A DNA stretch of 64,000 bases from Rebecca billardiae RCC1528 (lineage: Eukaryota; Protista; Haptophyta), in assembly GCA_965240325.2 (NCBI GenBank), contig OZ251235.1, positions 1 to 64,000 of the forward strand, written 5' to 3'. The notes under the pieces were generated by a model that was not told the DNA's origin, did no database searches, and saw nothing but the letters and a program-made list of their open reading frames with translations. The translations under genes were made by a program, and so were the position numbers. Positions 1-11,700 of the stretch are shown piece after piece (position 1 is the first letter of the stretch; every line of letters begins with the position of its first letter).

Positions 1-128
1 CCTAACCCTAACCCTAACCCTAACCCTAACCCTAACCCTAACCCTAACCCTAACCCTAACCCTAACCCTAACCCTAACCCTAACCCCTAACCCTAACCCT
101 AACCCTAACCCTAACCCTAACCCTAACC

Positions 129-188
<60 letters not shown>

Positions 189-229
189 CCCTAACCCTAA
201 CCTAACCCTAACCCCTAAACCCTAACCTA

Positions 230-293
<64 letters not shown>

Positions 294-445
294 CCCTAAC
301 CCTAACCCTAACCCTAACCTAACCCTAACCCTAACCCTAACCCTAACCCTAACCCCCTAACCCTAACCCTAACCCTAACCTAACCCTAACCCCTAACCCT
401 AACCCTAACCCCTAACCCTAACCCCTAACCCTAAACCCTAAACCC

Positions 446-477
<32 letters not shown>

Positions 478-634
478 CTAACCCTAACCCCTAACCCTAA
501 CCCTAACCCTAACCCTAACCCTAACCCTAACCCTAACCCTAACCCTAACCCTAACCCTAACCCTAACCCTAACCCTAACCCTAACCTAAACCCTAACCCT
601 AACCCTAACCCTAACCCTAACCCTAACCCTAACC

Positions 635-675
<41 letters not shown>

Positions 676-965
676 CCCTAACCCTAACCCTAACCCTAAC
701 CCTAACCCTAACCCTAACCCTAACCCCTAACCCTAACCCTAACCCTAACCCTAACCCCTAACCCTAACCCTAACCCTAACCCTAACCCTAACCCTAACCC
801 TAACCTAACCCTAACCCTAACCCCTAACCCCTAACCCTAACCCTAACCCTAACCCTAACCCTAACCCCTAACCCTAACCCTAACCCTAACCCTAACCCCC
901 TAACCCTAACCCTAACCCTAACCCTAACCCTAACCCTAACCCTAACCCTAACCCTAACCCTAACC

Positions 966-1006
<41 letters not shown>

Positions 1007-1245
1007 CCCCTAACCCTAACCCTAACCCTAACCCTAACCCTAACCCTAACCCTAACCCTAACCCTAACCCTAACCCTAACCCTAACCCTAACCCTAACCC
1101 TAACCCTAACCCTAACCCTAACCCTAACCCTAACCCTAACCCTAACCCTAACCCTAACCCTAACCCTAACCCTAACCCTAACCCTAACCCTAACCCTAAC
1201 CCTAACCCTAACCCTAACCCTAACCCTAACCCTAACCCTAACCCT
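1..1245. repeat. Telomeric repeat (CCCTAA)n, i.e. TTAGGG type, chromosome end
   Basis: Continuous CCCTAA hexamers with occasional 1-nt variants from base 1; a short extra tract lies at 1287-1305. Confidence 0.99.
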
Positions 1246-1305
1246 TTCAGAGCAATCGCGTGGTCGGATCTCGAGAACGCCTCCTTCTAACCCTAACCCT
1301 AACCC

Positions 1306-2723
1306 GCCAGAGGTCGCGCACTGTGCCGCAGAGGCTCGCCGGGCAGTGCGCGTCGGCCACGGGGGCTGTGCAGGGCCAGACAAGCTCGCACGCCCGCTGG
1401 CGCATTGCAAGAGGGGGCGTTTGCGAACACTCTGCCCGCTCGCCAAAGGCTGAACCCCATTTCTCTCCTAACGCTGCCCAATCGCCCGCCACAGCTCGCG
1501 CACTGTGCCGCAGGGCCTCGCCGGGCGGCTGCGCAGGGCCAGACAAGCGTGCATGCCCGCTGACGCATTGCAAGCGGGGGCGTTTGCGAACAATCTGCCC
1601 GCTCGCCAAAGGCTGAACCCCATTTCTCTCCTAACGCGGCCCAATCGCCCGCCACAGGTCGCGCACTGTGCCGCAGAGGCTCGCCGGGCAGTGCGCATCA
1701 TCCACAAGGCTGCGCAGGGCCAGACAAGCGTGCACGCCCGCTGACGCATTGCAAGAGGGGGCGTTTGCGAACAGTCTGCCCGCTCGCCAAAGGCTGAACC
1801 CCATTTCTCTCCTAACGCGGCCCAATCGCCCGCCACAGGTCGCGCACTGTGCCGCAGAGGCTCGCCGGGCAGTGCGCGTCGGCCACTGGGGCTGCGCAGG
1901 GCCGGACAAGCTCGCACGCCCGCTGACGCATTGCAAGCGGGGGTGTTTGCAAACAATCCGTCCACTCGCCAGCGGCTGAACCCCATTTCTCTCCTAACGC
2001 GGCCCAATCGCCCGCCACAGGTCGCGCACTGTGCCGCAGAGGCTCGCCTGGCAGTGCGCGTCGGCCACGGGGGCTGTGCAGGGCCAGACAAGCTCGCACG
2101 CCCGCTGGCGCATTGCAAGAGGGGGCGTTTGCGAACACTCTGCCCGCTCGCCAAAGGCTGAACCCCATTTCTCTCCTAACGCTGCCCAATCGCCCGCCAC
2201 AGCTCGCGCACTGTGCCGCAGGGCCTCGCCGGGCAGTGTGCATCATCCACAAGGCTGCGCAGGGCCAGACAAGCGTGCATGCCCGCTGACGCATTGCAAG
2301 CGGGGGCGTTTGCGAACAATCTGCCCGCTCGCCAAAGGCTGAACCCCATTTCTCTCCTAACGCGGCCCAATCGCCCGCCACAGGTCGCGCACTGTGCCGC
2401 AGAGGCTCGCCGGGCAGTGCGCATCATCCACAAGGCTGCGCAGGGCCAGACAAGCGTGCACGCCCGCTGACGCATTGCAAGAGGGGGCGTTTGCGAACAG
2501 TCTGCCCGCTCGCCAAAGGCTGAACCCCATTTCTCTCCTAACGCGGCCCAATCGCCCGCCACAGGTCGCGCACTGTGCCGCAGAGGCTCGCCGGGCAGTG
2601 CGCATCATCCACAAGGCTGCGCAGGGCCAGACAAGCTCGCACGCCCGCTGGCGCATTGCAAGCGGGGGTGTTTGCAAACAATCCGTCCACTCGCCAGCGG
2701 CTGAACCCCATTTCTCTCCTAAC
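1306..2723. repeat. Subtelomeric satellite, ~181-bp monomer, ~8 copies in a 4-monomer higher-order repeat
   Basis: The motif GGCTGAACCCCATTTCTCTCCTAACG recurs about every 181 bp, with one shorter interval of ~162 bp. Diagnostic variants repeat in the order A-B-C-D-A-B-C-D. Confidence 0.95.
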
Positions 2724-3459
2724 GGATATCCCACTGCAACAGATAGGATCTGATCCTATGGCATACGCCGCGTTTCTGAAAGGCTTGGCTTGCGAGCCGG
2801 CGAGATCGACACGCGGAGGACAAAAGAAAATCATATTCCTGCTTCGTCGCACCAATAGACTAAACGAAGATCGGACGGAGATCGTGGTCTTCAGATGCAA
2901 GACCTGGAAGCCCCCCTTGGGAGTTTTCAGTTGGGGCTCTCAACGCGGCCCGGCGAGGCGGACTTCTGAGGATTCTGAGGATCCTAGAGAGGCGGCCGGC
3001 GGGCGAGCACACGACGCCGCCCTGCGGCGGGGAGCCGTCCGCGCCGTGCACGCTCACTGGCACCCACGTCTCCTCCGCCGCGCTGCTCGCCTCCCGTCCA
3101 CGTCGTCTGACCGACGCCCGTCGGCACGTGACGTTCACGTTGCCCACGTCGTGCTCTCAGTGGGAGCGCGACGAGCACGCGCTGCCCGCACCCTTCGATG
3201 CTTTCCTCTTCGCATCGGGCGCGCTTGTGCTGTGGAGCCTGCGCGTGCAGGAGGAGGAGCTCTTTCTCAATCAACGTCGTGCGCGCCCGCCTTCATTCAC
3301 GCTGCGCCGCGCGGAGGGGGAGAGCGCGCGCGGCTGGGCGCCGCTCGGCCGGCTGCTGGGCTCGCGCAAGTCGGAAGTTCCGGCGCTCGACCTGACGCTC
3401 CCCAGCGAGGAGGCCGAACAGATGGATGTCCCAGCTGCGGCTCACTGTGAGAGCAGCTT

Positions 3460-4000
3460 GTGGGAGCGGGCTCCTGCACGGCACGGTTTGTAAACAAGGT
3501 TGTCGACGCCCAGGGTGGGCTGGCTGCGGTGAAGCTCAGGGCGTCCACCGACACCAGCGCAGCCAGGCGTGAGGCCCGCCTTCTCAGGAAGCACAGGTAC
3601 GCGTCCAAGGCGTTGCCTGGATGCAGCATGCAGCTCACGAGTGCGGCCTCGTCGCCCGCCGCACGGTGCGCCGTTCTACGCGGCCATGAACTCGTACGGA
3701 GGCACTCGCGGCGTACGCGGGTAGTGGGGAGGGCAAGCACAGACTATGGAATTGTCATGTCTTATCACTCTGGCATCGAATCCAAGGTCAGCCCGGGCAG
3801 CACGCTCGCGGCAGTGCACGCCGCTGGGTTCACCAAATCGGCCGAGGCCCGTGCAGACTCGTGGCGATGCCGAGTTGGCGAGTTATTGCAGCGCCGGTGC
3901 GCACGGCGCCCCGCGTCAAAGGCCCGCGACGACTCTTGGGAGCTTGGCACTAGACGGACGACAGCGCGGTGGGCGTCGTCGTCACTCTGCTGCCCGCCAT
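3460..4000 (+). pseudogene. Degenerate protein kinase remnant
   Basis: Kinase-like motifs appear in order: AAVKL (II), RREARLL (III), YGIVMSY (V), LAAVHAAGF (VIa), DDSWELG (IX-like). HRD and DFG are missing. Confidence 0.4.
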
Positions 4001-5093
4001 TCACTCAATATACAGATGACGATCATCATCAGAGCATGCAGTCACCGCGTGTCGAACTTTCGCGATTGGCGAGTGCCGCCGCCGGACCAGACTCATGTCC
4101 CATCACGGGACACGGTGCCATCTGAGGCATCGAACGTCTGACGGATACTCGGATCTAGCAACAGCGCCAGCAATTTGACATCTACGACTTCTAGCGCCGG
4201 TCCGACCGGCGGCGGAGACGTTCCGCCGGCGGCGACAGAAGTGGTGACGCCGCCCGCACTGATGGCGCAGCGCCCGGATCTGACACTGACTTCTGAGTCG
4301 GACTCGGATCGGGATGAGGAATTCAGGAAGTACGGGTGAACAACGACGAGTAATAATAACGGGCTAACTAATGCGCGCGCGGGCCCGACGTCGGATGAGT
4401 CGTCGGAACGAATAGGCGAAATAACGTCCTGGAATCGGCACGACTCGGCGGCGCGCCACGGCCCGCCGGTACTACTACACGGTCCGATAGTTATACCGCC
4501 GTTATTATAGCAGTACGTACGCGGCCGTAATCCCGTATAGTCGACGAGCGGTAGTCGTCGTCGCCGAGCGATCATTCGCGGCGAATCAACACGCGCGGCT
4601 CACCGCCCGGCAAAACAAGCGTTGCACTCCACGCTGTGATCATCTGGCCCGGTCTTGAGGACGTCGCCGCATAACTCCATCAGCTCAAATGCGACCTGCG
4701 GGAGGTGAAAACGGCACATGCCGCGGACGCCAGGCCCTAACGACATGATGAGCTTGCCCGCCGCGGACCGGCCCGCCACCACCCTTTTGATGTGCATCCG
4801 GCCGATCGACTGCGCAGCGAGTCTGGCCACGCAGTGGCAGCGTCGTGAAAGGCGTCGCCATCGTCTTCATCCATGTCACCGTCACCGTCGCAAGAGCCGT
4901 GGTGAGCGCCTATAGGAAGGCCGGCGACCCCAACCTGCGGCGCGACGCAAGCCCGGGGCCTGCCGTGTACAGTACAGTGGCCGGGCCCGCATCACAGAGC
5001 TGCAGTGTTGGTCGGCTGGAGTTGAATACGATGCCTGGTCTTTCAGCCCATCTTCCAATCCCCAATCCCACTTGAGTTGCGACCATCGCCAGC

Positions 5094-5812
5094 CCAAGGG
5101 CCGTAAGGGCACCCAACTCCCAGTGCGGAGGTTGGGGCGCCTCTGTTGTGCTCGCCTCCGTGAGTGCCCGCGGTGAGTGGCCCGTCGCCGAAGACGCGGG
5201 AGGCGAGGGTGCGGGCATGACGGGGCGCCGCGGCGGGCGGCGCGCGGCGGGCGGCGCGCGGCGGGCGAGGCGGACAGTGCTGATGGCGAGGCGGAGGTGG
5301 AGGCGGAGGTGGGGGCGAGCCGAGCGCAGCTCGGCTGAGGCCACCGGACGCGCGACGAGTCGAGCAGCCGACCGCCGGGAACGGAAGTGAGTCAGGCGGA
5401 CATGGAGGCTGCCCGTAGGGGCCTACAAGCCAAAGTGCGGGCGGGCGCCCACGCTTGCCCCTGCGTGCCCGGTGCAAGCAGCCCGAGCGCTCCGTTTGCT
5501 GCTGGCGCGCACGGCACGAGTGAGCTCGCGCGCCGCGTTGGCAACTGCCGATTGCACGGGCCGAGAGGCGAAAGAGGCGAGCCTGGCGGACTCACGCGCG
5601 TGTCAGGAGAGCCTTGACCCGCGCCGCTCAGCGGCGAGCCGTCCGGGTTCGGCATCGCCGCCAGTCATCCAGGCAGAGCGCTCGACGTCGCGCCCTCGCG
5701 CAGCGTTTGAAGCACGCCGGCCGGACGCGAGTCGCGAGGCCACGAGACAGACAGAGGCACCTCAACCTCCGAGCTGGCCGCACTGGGAGTTGGGTGCCCT
5801 TACGGCCCTTGG
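5094..5812. repeat. Inverted repeat pair (~53-62 bp arms at 5094-5146 and 5751-5812)
   Basis: CCAAGGGCCGTAAGGGCACCCAACTCCCAGTGCGG is the reverse complement of CCGCACTGGGAGTTGGGTGCCCTTACGGCCCTTGG. The ORF track shows HWELGALTALG on both strands. Confidence 0.85.
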
Positions 5813-7439
5813 CCAGCCGCCGTCTTCGCCATCAGCGTCGGCGGCTAGCTGCCTTGAACCTCACGGAGCCAGCGAGCCAGCGGCTCCCCTCGCTTTGACG
5901 CGCTCTACTCGAGTCTCGACCCGAAGCCCTTCCGCTCGCAAGCGATCTCGTCCAGGCCTCGTGGAGGTGGAGAAGGACACAAAAAAGGAGCGAAGATTGC
6001 TGAGATGCTAAGGAGATTGCGGCCAAGCCATCATGCCTTCCGGGACGACCATTGGCTCGTTTTCTTCCTGATTCCAGTCTTTCGCCTGATGGTATTGAGA
6101 TAATATGTCTCACTTTGGCGACCGCTCATTTTTCGATCCCCCCCCAACCGACCAATGGGAAGGCGGAGCCGCGACTCGCTCTGAAAATGCGTGAATTGTT
6201 TCGCGGTCTGGCGGACCGGCCCGTGGAAAAACGCAGCGGGATGAGTTCACCAGAGCGCCAGCGGCTCAGTTTTGCGCATACGATCATCGGTGTTGCTATA
6301 TCGTACACACAACTCCACCGGCTGTCGACACACACCATCTCCGCCTGCCGCCACTGCCACTGCGGTCGCGCGCGCGCGCGCGCGACCGCGCGCGCGCGCG
6401 CGATCCTATGCCATAGGATCCGCGCCAGGGACGGCTACATAGGATCGGCATGACAGCGTCAGTTGCTCGCCCCTGGCAGCCGAGCGGCGACCCTGGGCAC
6501 GGACGGCGCCGGCGGGTGCTCGCACCGGATGCCCGCGCTGCGGCCCGCACCGCCGCCCACGCCGCCAGGCGCGTTGCTGCCCGTGGCACACCGATTCTGG
6601 GGCGGGGCGAAGAGAGGGCAACCGCCATCGTGCGTGCGGCCACGGACGATGGTGGCGGCCGTCCTTGTGGACCACTAGCCCACGAATCCAAGAGCGTGCG
6701 GGTCGAGCGGCGCGTAAATCGACTGCGGCACACGCATGGCGTGTCTACAGGTGCGATACCATCCACGCACGCGGCATGGCAAGATGTTCCGGCTACCTCC
6801 GAGGCTTGCTCTACATGCGCGCCGATGCTCGATCGCAACCACCTGACGACGCGAGCGACCCGCAGCGGCTTGCGCGCGCAGCCCCGGCGTGACGTACAAT
6901 GCCGTGCTTGGCGAGGACCAAAACGCATTGTGGATGAACCTCGTACGGCTCCGGTCGAGCACAGTGAACCACGATGTGTGAGCATCAAGCTGGGTGTCAT
7001 CTACAAGTGCCACATGTCGGTCGGCGTTGCCGCCGTGGAGTCGCAAGGCGGCAGCGACCGCGACGGCTTCACGCGCTCCATCCGTGGAGCCCAAAACATC
7101 ACAACAAGCTCGCTCTGGCGGATGGTGGCGACACTGCTACCGACCCCTAGGTGCAGCGGCCGCCAGCCCGGTAGAAAGAGCGATGGCGGCATCGCCTCCG
7201 GGCGCGAGCGGCGCCTTCGCCGCTGCGCCCGCGCCCGCTCGCGCGACGGCAGGCGCGCGCGGTCTTGCACGCGCTGAGGCGGCGTGCGCCGCAGCGAAGA
7301 CGCGGCGCCCGGTGCCCGGCGCGCACCCGCCCGCGCGCCTGCTCCCCGAGCAGCGAGCGCCGTGCCGCGGCGGTCGCGGCCGCATGCAGAGCTATGCGCA
7401 CCCTAACCGCAAGGGAGCAAGCCACGCGCGGCACGCGTA

Positions 7440-8545
7440 CGCAGCCCCTCGCAGTGGCGCGAGCGCAGCGCCATCGATCCATCGCGCACGCATGCGCCCA
7501 CCGCCCGCCCGCCGCACGCGCCGCGCCGAGCGCGCGCGCGCGCATGACGGCCAGCACCCGTCCGCCGGCCGCTGCGGCCACCGAGAGGGGCAGCGCACGA
7601 GCGGTGCATCTGGCTGGTGCTGCAGGCAGCGTTCGAGCGGGCGCGCATGCGATGGGTCGAGCGTATGCACGCCAGTGCCCCGCGCCAGCCCGTGGCGCGC
7701 CGGCCGCGCGCCGGCCCGCTTCACACGCAGCTGCCGCACGCGAGCGCGACGCCTGCCAACCGCGAGCCGTCGCCGCGGCCGCGCCTTCGCAACGGCAGCG
7801 TGCGCGCCAGCTGGCGATGAGCTGGACACCAAACGTGCGCGCTGCACGCCGCGTGCCCGCCGCGCAGCCCGCCCGCGCGCCCTCTTGCCGCGCCCGTCGC
7901 TGCGGCGAGGCGACATGCTCCTTCCGCGGAGAGCGGACCGCGCGCCTGCGAGAAAGAAAAAGCAAATGGAGCGTCGCGACTCGCGAAATGCGCGGCCTAG
8001 AAAAGGCGCAGCAGACGATGGCGGCGCCCGCCGCCTCGCACTCTCGCAGCGAGACCGCATCGTCAGGAGCCATCGCCTCTTCCCGCGATGCCAGGTCGAC
8101 CGCGCGCGCCGTCGCGCGGGCACGAGGGCCTCCGCGCACACATACCGCACGCGGCGCCAGGTGCGCACCCGCCCGCGCCACCGTGCCCAACGCAAGCGCT
8201 GCACCTCGGGCACGACCGCACGCCGATCGAGCAGTGCGCACGCAGACGAGGAGAGAGCGTGCTGCGCGCGAGCGCGCGCACGCGGCCCCGCGCAGTGGCG
8301 CGGGAGCAGCGCAGCCACTCCATCGCGCACTCCTGCGCCCGCCGCCCGCCCGCCAAGGGCGCCGCGCCGAGCGCGCGCGCGCGCGCACGCGACAGCCCGC
8401 ACCGGTCTGCCGGCCGCTGCGGCCGTCGAGCGTGGCAACGCACGAGCGGTGCATCCGGCCGGTGCGGCAGGCAGCGCGGGCGTGGGCGCGCATGTGTCGG
8501 CCCATCTCGGTGTAGCACGCCAGCGTTCCGCGCCAACCCGTGGTC
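7440..8545. repeat. Diverged direct repeat (~250 bp at ~7440-7700 and ~8280-8545), possibly a decayed repeat-protein gene on the minus strand
   Basis: Shared blocks include CGCAGTGGCGCG...CCATCGCGCAC...GCCGGCCGCTGCGGCC...GCACGAGCGGTGCATC. Fragments such as MEWLR and LRWAR loosely resemble the ankyrin family at 51456-52667. Confidence 0.5.
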
Positions 8546-9115
8546 TGCCCGCCGACTCGCCTCACATGCGCCGAGCGTGAGGCCAGTCGGCCGCCAGCAA
8601 TCACGCACCGCTGACCGCACGGCTCCGCCTCCTGCGCAAGGGCAGCAAGGGCGTATGCTGGGCATTCCTCAGCCGCTGCTCACCGGAGCCAGAGAAGGCG
8701 AGGTGGACGATGGGGGGCCGGGGCGAAGGCAGCTTCGACCGGTGCGAGGCGCTGGATCGGCAAACCCGTGCGCAGCGCTCACGTGTGGCCGTTTGGCGGC
8801 CCGGCTGGCCTCCGGCTGCTGTCGGACCGCGGCTCTGGAGGCGGTTGAGGCGGCGGATCAGCGCTACCGGGCCGTACGTGCGCGGCGCGGTCGGTTCCTC
8901 GCGCTTGGAGACCCCGAGTGAGTGGCAACCGCGAGGGCACTCCCAAATACCAGCGTTGTGAGCCGCCACGGCGTGAGATCAGTGGCTGACGACTGGAGCA
9001 GCGGCGGGCTGCGCCGAGCCGGTAGCACACGGCAGGCCGAGCCAGTTAAGTGGCACTCAGCGACGGACCGGAGGCCGCACTCGGGGCATTGGCCGACGTG
9101 AATGTCCGTAGCGCC

Positions 9116-9553
9116 TCGGGGCGCGCCCTCAGCCGACGCCCCTACCGCCCGCGCGTCGGCGCAGCGCTCGGCAGCACCAGCCAAGTTAGCGGTTCTGACG
9201 GCGGGCAAGATGTGCACGTGCTGGGGCGCGCCGCTGAGGGGTCTGACGCCGCGCCCCACTAGTCAGACTCGGTCTACCGGTGGTATAGAACGACACTGCA
9301 CCACCGCTAGCTTCGGGCGGCGCGCCTTCAGCCGACGCCCCTACCGTCCGCGCGTCGGCGCAGACCTCTGGCTCGGCCGCGCCCTCAGGCCGAGACCGAG
9401 TGGCAGTTATTCACGGTGCTGGCGGGCAAGATGTACACGCTGGGGCGCGCCCAAGTGGGGCCTGACGCCACGCCCCACGACTCAGCTACTACGGTCTGCT
9501 ATCTACCGGTGGTAAAGAACGGCACTGCTGCACTACCACCGCTTGCTTCGGGG
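9116..9553. repeat. Diverged tandem duplication (~200-235 bp x2)
   Basis: CAGCCGACGCCCCTACCG, GGCGGGCAAGATGT and CTACCGGTGGTA each occur twice in the same order. Confidence 0.75.
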
Positions 9554-10155
9554 CCGGTGGCGCCCCGTCCGCGACGGCCCGGAGCCGCGACGCTGCTGAT
9601 TAGCGGGCGCGCGCATTGCTGCGCGCTTATATCATCGTCGTCAGATGACGCGTCGTCAGCAGCTAGCATGCAGTACTACTCGATCAGTACAGATTGAGAG
9701 TTGGCCCGATGCATCACGTAGTCGTACGGCCTCGTCACGGCGCGGCCCGCTCCGCGCTGCGGGAGCTAGCCTGCCGACTGAGCAGTACCGCGCTGCTCAG
9801 GCCCGGTCCGCCATCCGAGAATCCGACTGGGCCGCGGGCTACTCACTGCGCATCGATCAGTACCGCGTCATAGTCGGCCATGCATCAAGGCGGCACTGAG
9901 CCCACAAGGGCGCACGCTGTGAGTAAGCATTGAACGACGACGGCGCGAGCTCGCGCCAATCGCCCGCGCCCGCGCGCCGCCTGCCAGCATTGGCTGCCGG
10001 CCCACTTCCGACTGACCGAGGCGAGCCGACCAGTGATATCCAGATGACGCGGTTCGGCGCCCGGCAGCGGATCCGCGCCGCGCGACTGCGCCCGCGCCCT
10101 CGGCCGCGCGCGGCCGCCGCGGCGGCCGCCGCCCGCGCGCGCGCGTCCTCGCCCG

Positions 10156-11613
10156 TCAGCCGGCGCCGACCTCGGCGCGCCTGCGCTCGAGCGCGGCGCC
10201 GATGCGGCGCGCGCCCTCTGCGAGCTCGGCCGCGCTCAGCTGGGCGAAGCACAGCCGCAGGTGGCGCGCCAGCTGCATGCGCGCGCCGACGCGCGCCGCG
10301 TGCGCGCGGATCGCCTCCGCGAGCGCGCGCGACTCGGCGTCCGCCGCCTCCTCCTCCTCCGCCGCCGCCGCCGCCGCCTCCTCCTCCGCGTCGGCGGCGG
10401 CGCCGCCGCCGCCCGCGGCGGGCGAGCGCGCGCGCGCGAGCGCCGAGCACGCGCCGCCCGGCAGCGCGCGCACGCCCTCGGCGTCGAGGTGCGGCGCGAG
10501 CTGCTCCGCGGTGCCCGCCCATTCGGGCAGGCGCAGGAAGAGGAAGAAGCCGCCCTCGGGCTGCGCGAACGCGCACTCGGGCGCGTGCGCGCGCAGCGCG
10601 TCGCCGAGCGCGGCCGCGCGCGCCGCGTACGCGCCCGCGAGCGCGCGCAGGTGGCGCGCGACGCCGCCCGCCTCCAGCGCCTCCGAGACGAGCGCCTCGG
10701 CGAGGAAGGCGGGGCCGCCGCCCGAGTCGACGTACCCGCGCGCGCGCACGGCGCGCGTGAGCGCGGGCGGCGCCTCGATCCAGCCCAGCCGGCACGCGGG
10801 CGCGAGAATCTTGGAGAAGGTTCCGACGCTCACGCACCCGCCGCCGCCGAGCTCGGCGAGCGCGGCCGCGCGCGCGGGCGGCGCGTCGCGCGCCCACGCG
10901 CCGCGCGCCTCGGCCTCGGCGGCGGCGGCGTCGGCGGGCGGCGGGCCGGCGGGCGGCGCGTACCGCCAGTCGTACGTCGCCATCCTGCGCGGCGTGCGCC
11001 CCTGCGCCGCCCAGTGCAGCTGGTGGTACGCCTCGTCAGCCACCACCCAGAAGCCGTGCGCGCGCGCGAGCCGGCCGAGCGCGGCGCGGCGCTCGGCGGG
11101 GAGCGTGGCGGACGTGGGGTTGGCGAAGGCGGGCACGGTGTAGAGCATGCGCAGCCCGCGCGCGCCCAGCGCGCCCGAGCGGAGCAGCGCCTCGAGCTCC
11201 TCGACGACGAGGCCGTGCGCGTCGGTCGGCAGCGGCACCGGCCTCAGCCCGTGGTCGCGGAAGATCTGCCCGGCCAGAAAGTAGGTGGGCTCCTCGCACG
11301 CGACCACGTCGCCCGGGGCGCAGAGGACCGAGGTGACCAGCTCGAGCGCGTGCGACGCGCCGCACGCCGCGACCAGCCAGCGCGGGTCGGCGGGCGGCGC
11401 GCTCGGCTCCGCGGCGCTCAGGTGGAGCCTGAGCAGCGAGAGGAAGCGCGCGCTGCCCTCGGGCACGCCGTACCCGAGGTGGAGCGCGCCGGCGGACGCG
11501 CGCCGGCCGAGCGCCGCGCTCGCGCGCGCGACCACCTCGCGCGGCAGCTCCGCCGCCGCCGGGTACCCCTTGAGCAGGTCAATCATCGCGGGCAGCCGCG
11601 CCGCGGCGGACAT
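10156..11613 (-). CDS. PLP-dependent aminotransferase class I/II (2-aminoadipate transaminase / MocR-AAT-like)
   Basis: Motifs IDLLKGYP, EEPTYF, YTVPAFANPT, VVADEAY, GTFSKILAPACRLGW (PLP lysine), PEGGFF and HLRLCFA. ATG at 11613. Confidence 0.93.
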   Translation of the reverse strand: MSAAARLPAMIDLLKGYPAAAELPREVVARASAALGRRASAGALHLGYGVPEGSARFLSLLRLHLSAAEPSAPPADPRWLVAACGASHALELVTSVLCAPGDVVACEEPTYFLAGQIFRDHGLRPVPLPTDAHGLVVEELEALLRSGALGARGLRMLYTVPAFANPTSATLPAERRAALGRLARAHGFWVVADEAYHQLHWAAQGRTPRRMATYDWRYAPPAGPPPADAAAAEAEARGAWARDAPPARAAALAELGGGGCVSVGTFSKILAPACRLGWIEAPPALTRAVRARGYVDSGGGPAFLAEALVSEALEAGGVARHLRALAGAYAARAAALGDALRAHAPECAFAQPEGGFFLFLRLPEWAGTAEQLAPHLDAEGVRALPGGACSALARARSPAAGGGGAAADAEEEAAAAAAEEEEAADAESRALAEAIRAHAARVGARMQLARHLRLCFAQLSAAELAEGARRIGAALERRRAEVGAG

Positions 11614-11700
11614 GCTGAGGGCCAGAGTCCGGCGGGGGGCGCGCGCCGATTCACCCGTTGATGTTGACCGGATCGAAATCACGCTCGTCACAGTCTGACT

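Noticed and set aside
1306-2723. CRISPR-like periodic repeat
   Set aside because: Whole monomers are repeated with no unique spacers, the context is eukaryotic and there are no cas genes.
1003-2900. Many ORFs over the telomere and satellite (poly-RV etc.)
   Set aside because: They are translations of tandem repeats, not genes.
6050-7280. ORFs at 6052-6453 and 6450-7277
   Set aside because: No recognisable motifs and weak coding signal; left unannotated.
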